From contig NW_005434631.1 in assembly GCF_000315625.1 (NCBI RefSeq), positions 310,001 to 374,000 of the forward strand: a stretch of DNA of 64,000 bases. Direction: 5' to 3'. The translations under genes and the position numbers were made by a program. Under the pieces are notes generated by a model. That model had not been told where the DNA came from, searched no databases, and was given only the letters and a program-made list of their open reading frames with translations. Shown one piece after another: positions 46,721-58,404 of the stretch. The first letter of the stretch is position 1; the number at the start of each line of letters is the position of its first letter. This DNA is from Guillardia theta CCMP2712 (lineage: Eukaryota; Protista; Cryptophyta).

Positions 46721-48627
46721 TCATGACCTTCTCCTCTTCCTGTTGGAGCGCTTCTTGCCAATGGGGTCCAGGATTTCTTCCACTAGATCGACACCAACCT
46801 GTAAAGCACAAATGAAGGAAAGAACTTGACAGGTGGAGAGGAGGAGGAGACAGAAGGTGAGCGGGAATGAAACAGAGAATGCAAAGAGGAAAGGAGGGCC
46901 AGTGCGAGGAGGAAAAGGAACAAAAGGGTGAGGGAGCTTTCTAACCTCAGGATCCATCGGAACATCAAAAATGACAATCTCCTCATCGTTGACCTGCATG
47001 ATATGAGAAAGAGGAGGAGGAAGATACAGGAGGAGCAGGAGAATGAAGGAGGGAGAGGCTAGGAGGAAGAACGACAGTGAGGTACCTTGTAGTTCATCGC
47101 CTCTTCGAGAGTCACGTGTCCTCCCTCTCGCACTCCTCCCCTCCTTCGCCTTCCCCTCGTCATGATGGAGCCCAGGGAGGAGGATGGTCGAGCGATCGCG
47201 TCCATAGCCGTCAAACTCCCGATCGTCAACATCCCTCGGAGCGCAAACCTCGCGGCAGTGAGGAGGAAGCCGTCAAAGAGAGGAGGAGGAGGGGGAGAAG
47301 CGACTCGCTTGTCATCCCTCCGCAACCACGATAGCGAGGCGACATCCATGCTGTGCCGTCTCACCTCCCCCGGCGTTGTGAGAGCTCCGATGCCCGCGTA
47401 GAGGAGGAGGTAAGTCAGGTTGGTGTGCTCCTCCTCCCGTGATGCTCGCATGATGTTCCAAAAGTCAAGGACGGGAACCTGCCAAGAGAACGAGGAGGAT
47501 GTGAGGACACGCGAGCTCGGGCGGGGGCGAGAGCAGGGACGAAGGATTCAGACGAAGGATAGGAAGGGCAGGATCAGAGGAAGGCAGGGCAAGAGGAGGG
47601 AGTGGGGCACCTGCTCGAGGATAGAGATGACTATATCCTGAACGAAGAACGAAGACTGGCTGGCGCCCCTACTCCCTCCTCGCAACATCAGACGCGAGAG
47701 TTGGCCGACTGTGTTGGTGACTGTGGAGAGAAAGAAGAGAGGAAAAATTCTATTGACATGACTCCAAGTCACTGAAAGCCAAGTCAGCCTCAAACCCACG
47801 CTGCCTCCTGAACCTCCTCGACTTCACCTCCTTGTTTCTGCATCATCGCAGGCCACGCGAGGTTCCTTGCAAGAATCGGATGCAGTGCCATGCAGACACC
47901 AAAGCCAACGGCAGAGGCAACACAGTTACTTGTACTTCCTTCCATCAGTCTGAAAGTTGCCAACATCACGTCATCAGATGTGCCATCATGCTCAAAACCT
48001 CTCCCTCCTCCCTCCTCCCTCCTCCCTCCTCTGGCCCTCGTTCTTTCCTCCTCTCTAGAACCTCTTGGCCGGCTCGACTTGGCTCACCTTGGCAGGACCT
48101 GAGCAAGAGGAAGGGGAACACGGACTGTCTTGATGACGTTCTTCTCTCGGATCGGTCGACCTCTCTTGTCCAACAGCTCCACAGCTGTTGTCCTCAAGCT
48201 CTCCAGATGACCGTCATGTCGCAGAGCCAGGTTGAGGTTGCGCAGCGGGTACCTGGCACACCTCTCAGCCTTTGACCTGTACCAGCTCCGCCCTCTTACG
48301 TCGCCATGCTGGCGATGCCGAACGCCAAGGTCCCTCGCGCGAGGCGAGAGGCGCCGCCTGCGAGAGCCTTCGAGCACCAGGGGGGATCTTGGTCGCACTC
48401 CTCGCTATGCTGATCGAGAATTCACCCAAGGGAGGCGAGCAGCAGGGACCTCACCAGACGAAGAGACTTCGCGCTGTGAGAGCTCAACAGCAGAAAGAAT
48501 AAGCACAAGACGCTTGTCCTTGTGAGACAAGCCATCTGGAGGAGGAGTCTTTACGATGGACGACCAACAGAGATCAGCTACCAAGAAAACAAACAAATCA
48601 GATCAGAGTTCATCATGTCTGTGTTTG

Positions 48628-48659
<32 letters not shown>

Positions 48660-48982
48660 CTCATTTCATCAATCTTTTCGTCCGAAAGATGGAGGAGCAA
48701 CCCTTGAGCCATTGGCAACCTTCCCTCCTCATTCTTCCTCACTCAAGCCATCTGGGAACAACTTTCTGAGATCCCTCTCTCGATGTTGTCTGATACAGGC
48801 ACTGCTCTCGCATCGGGATCCTCACCATCCTCTTCCTCTAGCCTCTCAGCGCTGCCTCCTCCCTTCTTTCCCGCATTTCTCCCTCCTGCACATCATCACC
48901 GCCTTCTAGTATCTGCTCAGGTCAGAGCAGATACTAGAGTGACCTCGCCCTTCACTTCTCGCTCCTCCTCCTCTGCCGCCAT
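46721..48982 (-). CDS. Multi-exon gene of unknown function
   Basis: Exon-like segments bounded by GT/AG (e.g. YPLRNLNLALRHDGHLESL, VPVLDFWNIMRASREE, VNDEEIVIFDVPMDPE, final VGVDLVEEILDPIGKKRSNRKRRRS*). No family recognised; start codon tentative. Confidence 0.45.
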
Positions 48983-49057
48983 CCCCTTGCACGTTCACGC
49001 TTAAATCTCGAAACATTTCCGCATGAGCAGGTATGAGGGGGATGAGTCGCACTGGTG

Positions 49058-49500
49058 CCGGGCCCGGGCCCGGGCCCGGATGTCAGGCCCGCCGGCCACC
49101 CACACTGAGTCTGTGAGAGCCGGGTGACGCGCCCGTGTTCTGGATTTTCCATGGAAGGGGTTGTCGTGTAGGGGTGGGTGGTACTGGAAAAGGGGTGATA
49201 ATAAGTGTTTGAGGGGTGGGGTATTCCAGACGGGTATATGTTGGAAAGAGGGGGTGGTGTATTTACCTTGCTGCACAAAGGGGTGACTCCGAGCAGAGGT
49301 GTTGGGAAAACATGGGGGGTGGTGATCATAGGAGGGGTGATGAGTAGGAGGTGATAGGGGTATTCTGAAACGAGGTAGGGTAGTGCCTTGCTGGCATGTT
49401 GTCCAAAAAAAAAGGGGGAGAGTTGATAAATTCAACATTTGTGTGTAGAGGTTAAATTATAAGGTAAAAAATTGATATTTTCAGATTAAATTTTAAACAA
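49058..49500 (+). promoter_or_regulatory. Divergent intergenic region: CCGG palindrome, GGGT cluster, AT-rich patch
   Basis: 22-nt palindrome CCGGGCCCGGGCCCGGGCCCGG, more than 10 GGGT motifs at 49157-49382, AT-rich 49430-49505, upstream of the Trx-NTR gene. Confidence 0.45.
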
Positions 49501-49918
49501 TATTGAAGATCAACGTGTCCAAACCCTCTTTCGGAAAAATCATCCAATCAGATGGAGCGAAATGCACGCTCAGGTTAGGATGTAGTGAAGGTGGCAGGTG
49601 GGCGAAGTCAGAGCAGAGCAGAGTCGGTGTAGATGAAGCTCGAGCATCGAGAAGATCCCAAGGCGTGAGATCTTGGCAGAGGGCATGTTCGCACTGGCCT
49701 TGAGAACACTGGGAGATATTGAAACTGCTTCTTACTTCTCTTGCCTCCCCTTACTTCCTCTTCCCTCTCCCGCCCTTCCCCCTTCAATGTGGCAGACAAA
49801 AGTTTTCTCACATGATCGTAACAGGTGTCCCAGGGATAGGAGTTGTTGGTTTGACCAGGAGCGGAGGGCCCAGCCGAAGTGAAGAGCTTGGTTGAATCAT
49901 TGAACTTCAGTCAAGACC

Positions 49919-52885
49919 ATGCCTTCGCGTGGAGCTCTGGCGCTGCGGACAGCTGCTGTGTTGCTCTTGGCTCTGCAGACCGCGCACTCCAGACCTCTGG
50001 TGAGGAACGTGAAGGACCACAACGAGTACAAGAAGCTCTTGAAACATCACGCGGAGGTCACTGGCCTCCCTGTGATTGTCGACTTCTACAGTGATGGTTG
50101 TGGACCCTGCCGGATGGTAGCGCCGGTCTTCAAGCAGATGGCGGAGCAGTACAAGGACAAGGCGGTGTTCGCTAAGGTCGACATCAACAGGAACTACCAG
50201 ACGGCCTCTGCAGAGCAGATCCGGAGCATGCCGACCTTCAAGCTCTTCCTCTTCGGGAAGAAGCGCGACGAGTTTTCCGGAGCGGACACGCAGAGGTTGA
50301 ACACCATGACGCAGCAGCTGATCCGTGAGTCCGAAGCTAAGAACATCGAGGTCACGTTCGAGGCGCTCAAGTCCTTCTACCAGGAGCATGCGCCCGAGAA
50401 GATGATGGAGATGGACGACAAGAAGCTCCAGGACATCCTGGACAAGGCCGGCAAGGGAGGAGGGCCAGGGCATTACGGTCTTGTCAAGGCTCTCAAGCAA
50501 AAGTACAAGGGGAAGGCCCCCAAGACTCGTCCTCGAGCCGTCCCCAAGCAAGAGACGGCCGCGGAGAAGCCTGCGAGCCCTCCGTCTCCCCGAGGAGGAG
50601 CGAGCAAGCAAGAGGCCAACAAGCCCAATCTTCACCTAGCCACGGTGGAGCAGCTTGAGAAGGAGTTGTCTAAGAGGAGAGAGGAGGAGGCAGCGAAGAA
50701 AGCTGAGGCAGAGGAGGACGATGACGACACTCCTTCCTTCCCTATCTACGACCGCAAGAACAGAAGCGACGTTGAGAACGTCGTCATCATCGGCTCAGGA
50801 CCAGCGGGTCTGTCTGCTGCCATCTACGCGTCACGAGCAGGCCTAAAGGTGCTCCCGCCCTCCTCTGCTGCTCTTGTTCAGCACTCCTTCCCTCCCCTTC
50901 TCCCTCCCTCCCCTTCTCCCATCTCCCCTCCCTCCCTTTCGTCGTCATACTCCACCTCCCCTTCCCTCTCCTTCCCATCCCCCTTCCAATCTAAAACCTC
51001 ATCTTTACCCCCTCCCCCTCCTTCCCTCCTTCTCTGCTGTGTTGACAGCTGACCAAGAGTGGCAGCCTGTGCTCGTGGCTCCTCCGATGGGCGGGCAGCT
51101 GCAAGGGAAGGGAGTCGGAGTTGAGAACTACCCCGGAGTCAACGACACGACTGGACCGAACCTAGTGCACGGCATGCAGGAGCAGGCAGCTCACTTCGGG
51201 ACGGTCTTCCTGCAGGAGCTGGTGGTATCCGTCGACCTCTCCTCCCGTCCATTCCGCGTGCGGACCAACGAGACTGAAGTGAAGGCAAACGCGATGATCA
51301 TGGCGACTGGCGCCGACTCGAGGTGGCTTGGGGTGCCAGGGGAGTACGAGCACAGGGGAGGAGGAGTGTCTTCATGCGCCACGTGCGATGGCTTCTTGTT
51401 CGCAGATCAGGATGTAGTGGTAATCGGTGGAGGCGATACCGCCATGGAGGACGCGCTGGTGCTCGCAAGGACCTCGAAGACTGTCACTGTCATCCATCGC
51501 CGAGACAAGTTCCGAGCATCCAAGGTCAAGATGTCTTCCCTTTCCCCCTCCCTCCCTCCCCTCCCTCCCCTCCCTTCCCTCTCCCTCTCCCTCGTTTCCT
51601 CCCCTTCTCACCGTAGTTGTTGCGTCCTGACGTCACCGGCTAGGTGCTTGCCGAGCGGGTGTTGTCGCATGAAAAGATCAAGGTAATGAGGATTGAGAGG
51701 TGAAAGAGGAGAAGGATGACAAGTGTTTCAGGTTGTGTGGGACACCGAAGTCATCGAATTCATCGGCAAGAGAGTTCGCGTGATGCCCAACGGCCTGACA
51801 GTGAGGAATTTCGAGGGCTGCGATCGTGATTGACCTGCAAATTCAGGTCGAGATCGGCGAAGACGGAAACCCAGTGTTGGAGGTAACGAACATCTTACTC
51901 TCCTCTCCTCTCCTCCCCTCGCATGTCATGCTCTACTCTACTCTACTCTACTCTACTCTACTCTACTCTGCTCTACTCTGCTCTACTCGCTTCTTCAGTC
52001 CCTCTTCTCCCCTGCTATCGTTTCCTCTCTTTCTGTTCAGGAATGTTGAACTCAATGTGGCTATCTAACGCTTGTCAACTAAGGACTTCTCGAAGCTCCG
52101 GGTGAAAGAAGTTCAGAAGCGACTGGACGCTGCAGGTTTCGAGTGCTGAGCGTGAGGAGGAGGAGGGTGAGGCTTATGCAGGGATCAGCTACGCGGGCGT
52201 CAAGGACAAGGAGGCGCTCGTGAAGATTCTCACTGATGCCTACAAGGATGCAGCCAAAGGTGAGGGGGAGGAGGGAGGTGACAATGGGAGGAAATGACGG
52301 ACCTTCAGCGGGCAACGGGGAGGACGATGCAGTTGTGACGGTAGAGGAGAAGTCGATCTTGTCCAAGGTGAAGAAATGGGAAGTGGAAGCTTCGCGATTG
52401 ACAAGCGAGCAGATCAAGATGAAGAACAAGAAGACTGGAGAAGAGTCCCTGTTCCCTTGCACTGCTGCCTTTGTGGCCATTGGACACGATCCAAACACCA
52501 AGTTTGTTCAAGGGCAGGTGAGGAGGAGGAGGAGGAGGAGGAGGAGGAGGAGTGTTTGGGCATCTAAGGCTGCTATCAGGTTGACATGGACTCCAACGGT
52601 TACATCAAAGTGGTTGCGGGCAGCACGCGGACGAGCGTGGAGGGCTTGTTTGCAGCTGGGGATGTAGCTGACCACGTCTATCGTCAGGTACCTCGAGCAG
52701 ACTCTCTACTTGTCCCGCTGACTTGAGATGCAGGCTGTGACGTCAGCAGGAACAGGAGCCATGGCCGGTAAGACTCCTGCCCCCCCCCCCCCCCCCGTGC
52801 TTGTCTTACCCTCCATGCAGCGCTGGACGCCGAGCGGTGGCTGAGCGAGCAAGGATTCTGCAGTGCAGCAGCAGCAGCAGCATGA
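49919..52885 (+). CDS. Signal-peptide thioredoxin + low-MW NADPH thioredoxin reductase (NTR/TrxB) fusion
   Basis: Signal [24 protein letters not shown]. Trx [11 protein letters not shown]...MPTF. NTR motifs [98 protein letters not shown]. Confidence 0.92.
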
Positions 52886-52984
52886 TGGAAGCGAGGGAGG
52901 GATGGGGAGAAGAAGGACTGGATGTTGTAAAGGCGATCATTAACAACGTAACCCCCAGCCCCCTTCCCTCTCGCCCCTACACCT

Positions 52985-55900
52985 TCACGTCCCCCACGCT
53001 GACATGCCAACCTTGCGACGAGGTCCTGCCGTCTCCCACTGCTCCTCCGGGTTTGACGACCAGCTTGACGTTGTCGCGTGCGGGTCTCCCCAGCCACTCA
53101 CGTCGCCCCCCCACGCCCCCCCGACCCCCAGCTGCTCCCCACTTGCCATGCCCTCGCGACTACTCGCGCTGATCGCAGGCTTCCTCGCCCCCCACGCGTT
53201 GCGCACATGCGGCTCGGGCTTCGGGTCAGCGGATCCTCGGAGGTGCGAGGGCAGGTGATCCATCAGGGTCGTCTTGGGGGCCAAGCGCTGATCCTCAGAC
53301 GCGCTCAAGCCGGGGGGCTGCGAGGAGAGAGGCTGCTCTCCTCTCCTCTCGACCTCCCCAGCGCTTCCTGCCGCCTGCATTCTCTTTCTCTGAGCCTCTC
53401 GGATGTAGAAGGCGTGAGAAGCCTCATACTGCTCCTGGCGGAAGAGCTGCCGAGCCAGCTCCTCGTCCTTTCTCTCCTGCTCGAGACGCGCTAGCCTCTC
53501 TCGCTCCTCCTGGCTCATACCAGACAAGGCAGCAGCCGGGGGGTATGCCTCACGTGACAGCTCCGGGTCACGAGAATCGCTCGCCCAGTAGTTGTTTGCT
53601 GTCACTCTCGCCATGTTCCATGGGTTGGTGGGAGGAGGAGGCGGCGGGGGGGTCGCACGAGCCTCTTGAGTGGGCCAACTGCTCCGTCCAGGTTCGGCCC
53701 CTTGTTGCTTCATCTGATCTTCATACTGCTGCATCAGATCCGACGCGTTGATCCTCAAGGGGCCTGTGGACGCGACAGTGTTTCCTTGCAGAGCCGTTCG
53801 CGCGGCGTCGGCATCCTCGTAGCGAACAAAGTTGACGAAGGCGCTTGAAGAGTCAGGCAGGATGTTGATCGGGGGCACACCATGAGTCCTGTTGTTACAC
53901 AGCTCCCCGAAGCGTTCGAAAGCAGCTTTGAATTCAACCTGATCCACAACTTCAATGTGAACATTCCCAACCCACAGGCCGAAGAAGTGGAATCGACTCT
54001 TGTTCCAGGGAAGCTTGCTGGGCGGCAGCTCGCTGCGTAGAGGAATGGGGACGGGAGGGAAGGCATTTTTTTGAGCGTCCCCTTTCGACCTGCCTTTCTT
54101 CTTCTTGGTACCCACTGCCTCCCAGTCATCGTCATCTTGAGAAAGGCCTTTGATCGAACCTCCCCTCGAGCTCGTTTGCGAGTCATCTTCACTCTGCTTG
54201 TCATCCTCGTAACTCCTGGAGGATTGAGCTCCAATGTTTGTTTCCATCGGCGGCGCGTACTGCGGAACATGTTGCGGAGCCGCTTGAGACAGCAACGATT
54301 CTTCATCACCATCCTGCACCTCCCTGAGGAAACAGTTCACAACGACACCGTTCTTGATTTTCTTTCTGTCGAGAGTGTCATTCAGCTCTATCATCTGGCC
54401 CTGGAACACCAGCCTCTGTGCAGCAACTGGGATCCCTGTCAACTCTTTGATCTTCATTCGAAATTGCTTCCCCGTGTCTTGCGGGCTCAGTCCCACAACC
54501 ACCTCCCGGTCATCTGTGAATTTCACTTTCACCTGCACCACACTCGGCTTCTCCGCCTTTGGAGGGGAGGTCGAATTCGGATCTCCTTGCTGTGCCTGCC
54601 CAGGGACCTTCGCGGCGGAGGTGATCGGGAAGTCAGAAGAGTTGGCGGCATACGGGGGGTTCATCGATGAAGCCGTCGGGACCTTGAAGGCGGAATTCCA
54701 AGAAGACCCTTGCCCTTCGCTTTGGGCCTGCATGTTCCAACTGTCTGCGCCAATGTTTCCCCACACCGAGTTGTTGCCCTGTCTGCTGAACACCTGGTCA
54801 CTGCTGATGCCTCCCAGCCCGCCTCCCCACAGTGCGCCAGGGTCACCACTCGCGAAGCCTCCCTGAAACCCTGAGTTTGAGCCCCAGATGTCTTGAGGTT
54901 GCCCGTTGCCCCACATGTTGCCTTGGGCCGCTCCAACATTTCCGCCCTGATTGGGTTGAGGGTAATTGTTGACTGGCTGAGCTGACGCTTGGACCGAATT
55001 GGAGTTGCTGCCCCATGCTGACTTCGTCTGGCTGATGGATGGAAGTGACGCCCCGGTCGCTGGCAGAACGAATTCCTTGACCGGTGCTCGACAATGAGGA
55101 CAGAGGACGCCTTCTGTTGCCTGGAAAACTGCCCGTTTCTTCAAGTTGGTAATGCATTCTGTGCAGAACTGATGGCCACATGGTTTTAAACAGGCATTGG
55201 CAAGGTCCTCGTAACAGATTGTACACACGTTATCCTCATCACCTTCGAAATCAAGGTTGAGCATGGATTCAAGGTCTCTCGAGACTATAGTATCCATCGT
55301 GGTCGCTCCTGTATCCCAATTTGAAGGCACGGTTGCCGTATCCATGGCACTTGCTTCAGCAGTACTAGCCTGGCTTGCTCCCATTGGATCAAACATGTCA
55401 CCCAAATTGCTGATCGCGTTCCAAGAATTATCAGCATCTGCCTGTTTCCATTGATCCACAAGGTCTGAATCCTCTCTTCTCATTCCTTCACGCCCAGGAA
55501 CGCTAGCAAATGCTGGCTTAATGTTGTTTGGTGGACCGCTTCCCCAAGCAGATACCGCTGGAGCAGGCGGCTCCATATTCCTGGAGTAGCTCTGACCAGC
55601 TGAAGTTCCCAGAGTAGCAGCGATCCTCTTGTCCAGTTCAAGCTCTCCACGAGGCTGCATACAAGGCTTTGCTTCCATCCGAACGTTTCCAATGTATGTA
55701 TGGTGCTGACTCAGCAGAGTGTCTGCAGCCTTCTTCTCATGGAAGGTAACGAACGCAAATCCTCTGTATGAACCGTCACGCTCTTTGAGAACCTCGACGT
55801 CAGCTACAGCTCCAAACTAACGTAAAACATCAGAAAATTGAACAGGGCGTCTTTACATGTACCTGGGAAAAATGTGCTCTAAGCTCGTCATGGTCTTTGT

Positions 55901-58404
55901 CTGCAGTCCCACCAATGAAAACTTTTCTTCCGCCAAATGGGGCCTTGCCATTGTCCACTGGAGCATGCCTCGGCGAATACTGGTTGTCAAAAGCACCAAA
56001 TTCTTCACGATTGGTTGATTTCTTGCTGCCTTTCTTTTTGGTTTTAACTTCCTCAAAACCTTCTAGATCTTGTTTAGAGGGCTGCAAACACACGTCAACA
56101 AACAAAGTAATTAAATCAAGCACAGATTTACAATGTCGAATGAAGGTAATTGCCTCTCATGGATGGCTTTGTTGTTAAATTCGTATTTCAATGGTCCAAA
56201 CGCATTAATCAGACGAAAATCATCCTCTTGAGAATCGTTGTCATCGGAATCATTGTCTGAACCATCCTCGGGTTCGACTTTGCTCGTCACAACACTCGGG
56301 GGTTTCTGACTGACTGATTTTCCTTTCTGATTGTGGATAGCGGTGCCCTTCGTCTGTTCGGGAGCGATCTTCTTCTTTGCTTCAGGCTCTTGTTTCACCT
56401 TGACTTTCTTGACATTTTCATCGATTTCTTTTTCTTTCTTGATGGTCTCTGCCTTTGCCTTCGCTTTCTGTATAGAGTCAACCAACTGTGGCAACAATAA
56501 TCAGTACAGCAAGAATACAACAAACAAATCTGACCTGCAACGCCTTCCGAGGTAGATATCCACATCTGTCCAACGCCTCTGCGGCTTCAAGAAGCCCCAC
56601 ACCACCCCTTTTCATCACCGCATCGACTTCCTCGTCAGTGACTATGGCGACAAGTTCTTCAGTGTCTGCGGACATTCCAAGATCGGAAGGTGTTTGCTCT
56701 GGTTCCACCACCTGATGAACATTATATCAGACTTCACATCAACTATTTGAAAGGGAAGCTGACCTTGATTTTACCATTCTTCTTCTCCATGTACTCGAAT
56801 CTTACTTTTTCTATTCGTAAATGTTGCTTTAAACAATATGAATCCATTAATTTTTGCATCGCTGTGCTTGGTTTGACTTTGAAGCTTACATCACGGCATT
56901 TTTCAAGTTTTACACTGATTGTTATGTTTTCTGTAGCAACTGCGCCTTCTTTCACCTGTAAATTCATCATCAGAGGTCCAGAGACACTTGGCAGCACCAT
57001 TACCTCAACAGTCAAATACACTAAGCCATCGTCGATCGCTGCAGAAGGAACACATTCACGCCAACCCCTGTTATCAGAATCCTTTTTGAAAGTGAACGTG
57101 GCCTCTTTTCTACAAATAGCTGCTGCTTTCTGATCTGGAGTCTTTCTTAGTGTGAAAGTAAATGTGACCTGAGTATAGTCAAACCTCTTATATGTCTGCG
57201 TCAAAATGCTTCTATATACCTGCATTTCAAAGCCAGGATCCGCATGAAGAGCATGTCCAGCATCTAAATACGCTGCCATGAATCCTGCTTCGGAACCTTG
57301 CGTCTTTGCCTTGTAGAATCTAACACTCCAAGGCACACCACCAGCATAAAATGGTGGACTGCGAAGCTGATGTTCGTCTGAGGTGTTCTGTGGGTTGGCA
57401 AGTGCCAGACAGCATACTCCGTCCGCAACATGTTCTTCAATATCGCACCAGGCCCAAACCCTTTCTTGCTGCACCACATCGAGGCCTGCAAGTTGAGCTG
57501 GTAGCGACTTTCGTAAACGCTCTAAATAAAGTGTTGCCGCTTCGCACTTTCTATGCAACATTTCGATTCTATGAACAAGATCATCGTACCTGGAGATATC
57601 CATATGGGTCAAAAGAAATTAAGGAAGTGTGCGAAACTTACAAAGGCTGGCATCTGCCAACGTCTAATGATGCATCCAACTTTTCAAGGACGTCACGTGG
57701 GGTTCCAGTCATAAGCTTGTCCGCAACTTCACAGCGCTTCTTGATAACTTCCTCATTTTCTCCTTCAACATTCATTTGTGACGTAAGCTTCAATAACGAA
57801 GTGGCTTGCATATAGGTAGGATGGGTATGTGCTCTGAGTGCTATAAACTCATCTCTGACTTTTCTTGACGCAAATGGCTTCCAAATATTGAGGACCTGGT
57901 CTTCTTCTGTCTTGAATGCCCTGTGTATTTGTAGGAGCCTCTTGAAGGCATTCTTGACCGATTGGAGAGTGGTAGGATCTGCAGTACAATCCGCAATCAA
58001 AGCATGCAGCAAATCTTGAGTTGACGTGATGGGGGTTTTCACTTGTGACTTTTCAAAAACTTTCACGGGGACACTTCGTTCACTGTTACTTTCAGACTTC
58101 ACGGGTTTGTTTTCCTTTTCCGGTCGCTTCCTTTTATCTCTTTGTCGTATATGCTGAGCTGATACTTTTGCCTTGTTACACCGTGGACAAGGATAACCCT
58201 TGTACTGTCCCTTTGCAATCCCTACAGTAATGTCAATACGCAAGTTGCGATCCACAGCAAACACTGACCTTGTTGCCGACAATACTTCTCTTTGCAATGC
58301 ACATGTAGTGAGACCGGTCCACAAGCACCACAGTCGGCTTCAATGAGATCTTCCTCACAAATATCACACGGATTCTTGCAGATGGGACAAGGTTGTAGAG
58401 CCAT
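52985..58404 (-). CDS. ~1,700-aa multidomain protein: C4HC3 finger, MATH, SUMO-like, UBA-like, RRM, C3HC4 RING, UBL, RRM, WG-rich disordered regions
   Basis: Six ~45-52 nt GT-AG introns (near 58245, 57615, 56740, 56510, 56105, 55840), plus a probable in-frame one near 57195, join the ORF fragments in a consistent frame. Domain motifs are listed under findings. An extra 5' exon is possible. Confidence 0.82.

Noticed and set aside
52883-52885. TGA at the NTR C-terminus as possible selenocysteine
   Set aside because: Low-MW NTR type, no GCUG-like motif, follows a poly-Ala run, and no SECIS recognised.
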